64,000 nt of DNA from Octopus sinensis (lineage: Eukaryota), in assembly GCF_006345805.1 (NCBI RefSeq), contig NC_043011.1, forward strand, positions 15,202,464 through 15,266,463, written 5' to 3'. Position 1 is the first letter of the stretch. Each line of letters begins with the position of its first letter. Both the position numbers and the translations under genes were made by a program. A model generated the notes under the pieces. It was not told the origin of the DNA. It was given only the letters and a program-made list of their open reading frames with translations, and did not search any database. Below are positions 63,423-64,000 of this stretch, piece by piece.

Positions 63423-63444
63423 GCTTTTGTGGAATTTTAAACTC

Positions 63445-63634
63445 TACTTTTGTTGTTGTTGTTGTTGTTGTTGTTGTTCTTCTTCTTCTTCTTCTTCTTC
63501 TTCTTCTTCTTCTTCTTTTTCTCCTTTTTCTTCTTCTTCTTCTTTTTTCTTCTTCTTCTACTACTACTTCTTCTTCTCCTCCTCCTCCTCCTCCTCCTCT
63601 TCCTTCTTCTTCTTCTTCTTCTTCTTCTTCTTCC

Positions 63635-63668
<34 letters not shown>

Positions 63669-63670
63669 TT
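63445..63670. repeat. (TTG/TTC/TCC)n plus (TA)/(TG) array
   Basis: Directly visible. Confidence 0.9.
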
Positions 63671-64000
63671 GTACGAGTGTACACATTTAACTTTCTAGAT
63701 ATTCTAACTTCACTGTTGCATATTTTCTAATCGATTTTACCTGTACTTATTGCTATCCGTATTAGATACATCGGTATAATATAAAGCAAAAGTAATCTGA
63801 GACAAATAACTAGGAGTGGTCAGTGACATGCACTTGAACATCATAGACAAATACAGACTTATCAGATACAATACGGTATGAATTCTTGATTTTCTAAAAC
63901 TAGATATGTGAGACACTAGAAGATATATAAAAATTGCCAAATGACAAATATGATTAGCTCTACTTGAGAAGGCGAGATAATCTTAAATTTGAGGAATATG

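Overview
This is eukaryotic, repeat-dense DNA with no host protein-coding gene I can support. It is probably from a cephalopod (Octopus), which I infer from the SINE families and the extreme microsatellite density. The main feature is a near-intact 6.1-kb Tx1/L1-clade LINE (about 2166-8247, + strand). It carries ORF1 (single CCHC knuckle) and an uninterrupted 1,145-aa APE-RT-zinc-finger ORF2. It sits in a head-to-tail array with two 3'-UTR-only relatives, and every 3' end runs into a (TATC)n microsatellite. Its 5' UTR has an ATG and a GTAAGT donor that are in phase with AG acceptors in front of both ORF1 and ORF2, suggesting expression by alternative splicing. Other retroelement remnants are an ORF1-only Tx1 derivative with a similar 5' intron-like segment (55.5-57.5 kb), CR1 and R4/Dong LINE fragments, and a Penelope-like GIY-YIG remnant. 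A DD37D/maT-type Tc1/mariner remnant, at least four tRNA-headed SINE families (one forming TSD-flanked multimers) and many fold-back inserts near (TA)n are also present. Several type I hammerhead ribozyme motifs occur, including one with a fully canonical core (14295-14388) and variants with the U3:A8 core. There is a 100-bp assembly gap at 19911-20010. All calls come from reading the sequence by eye; no searches or folding programs were run, so boundaries are approximate.
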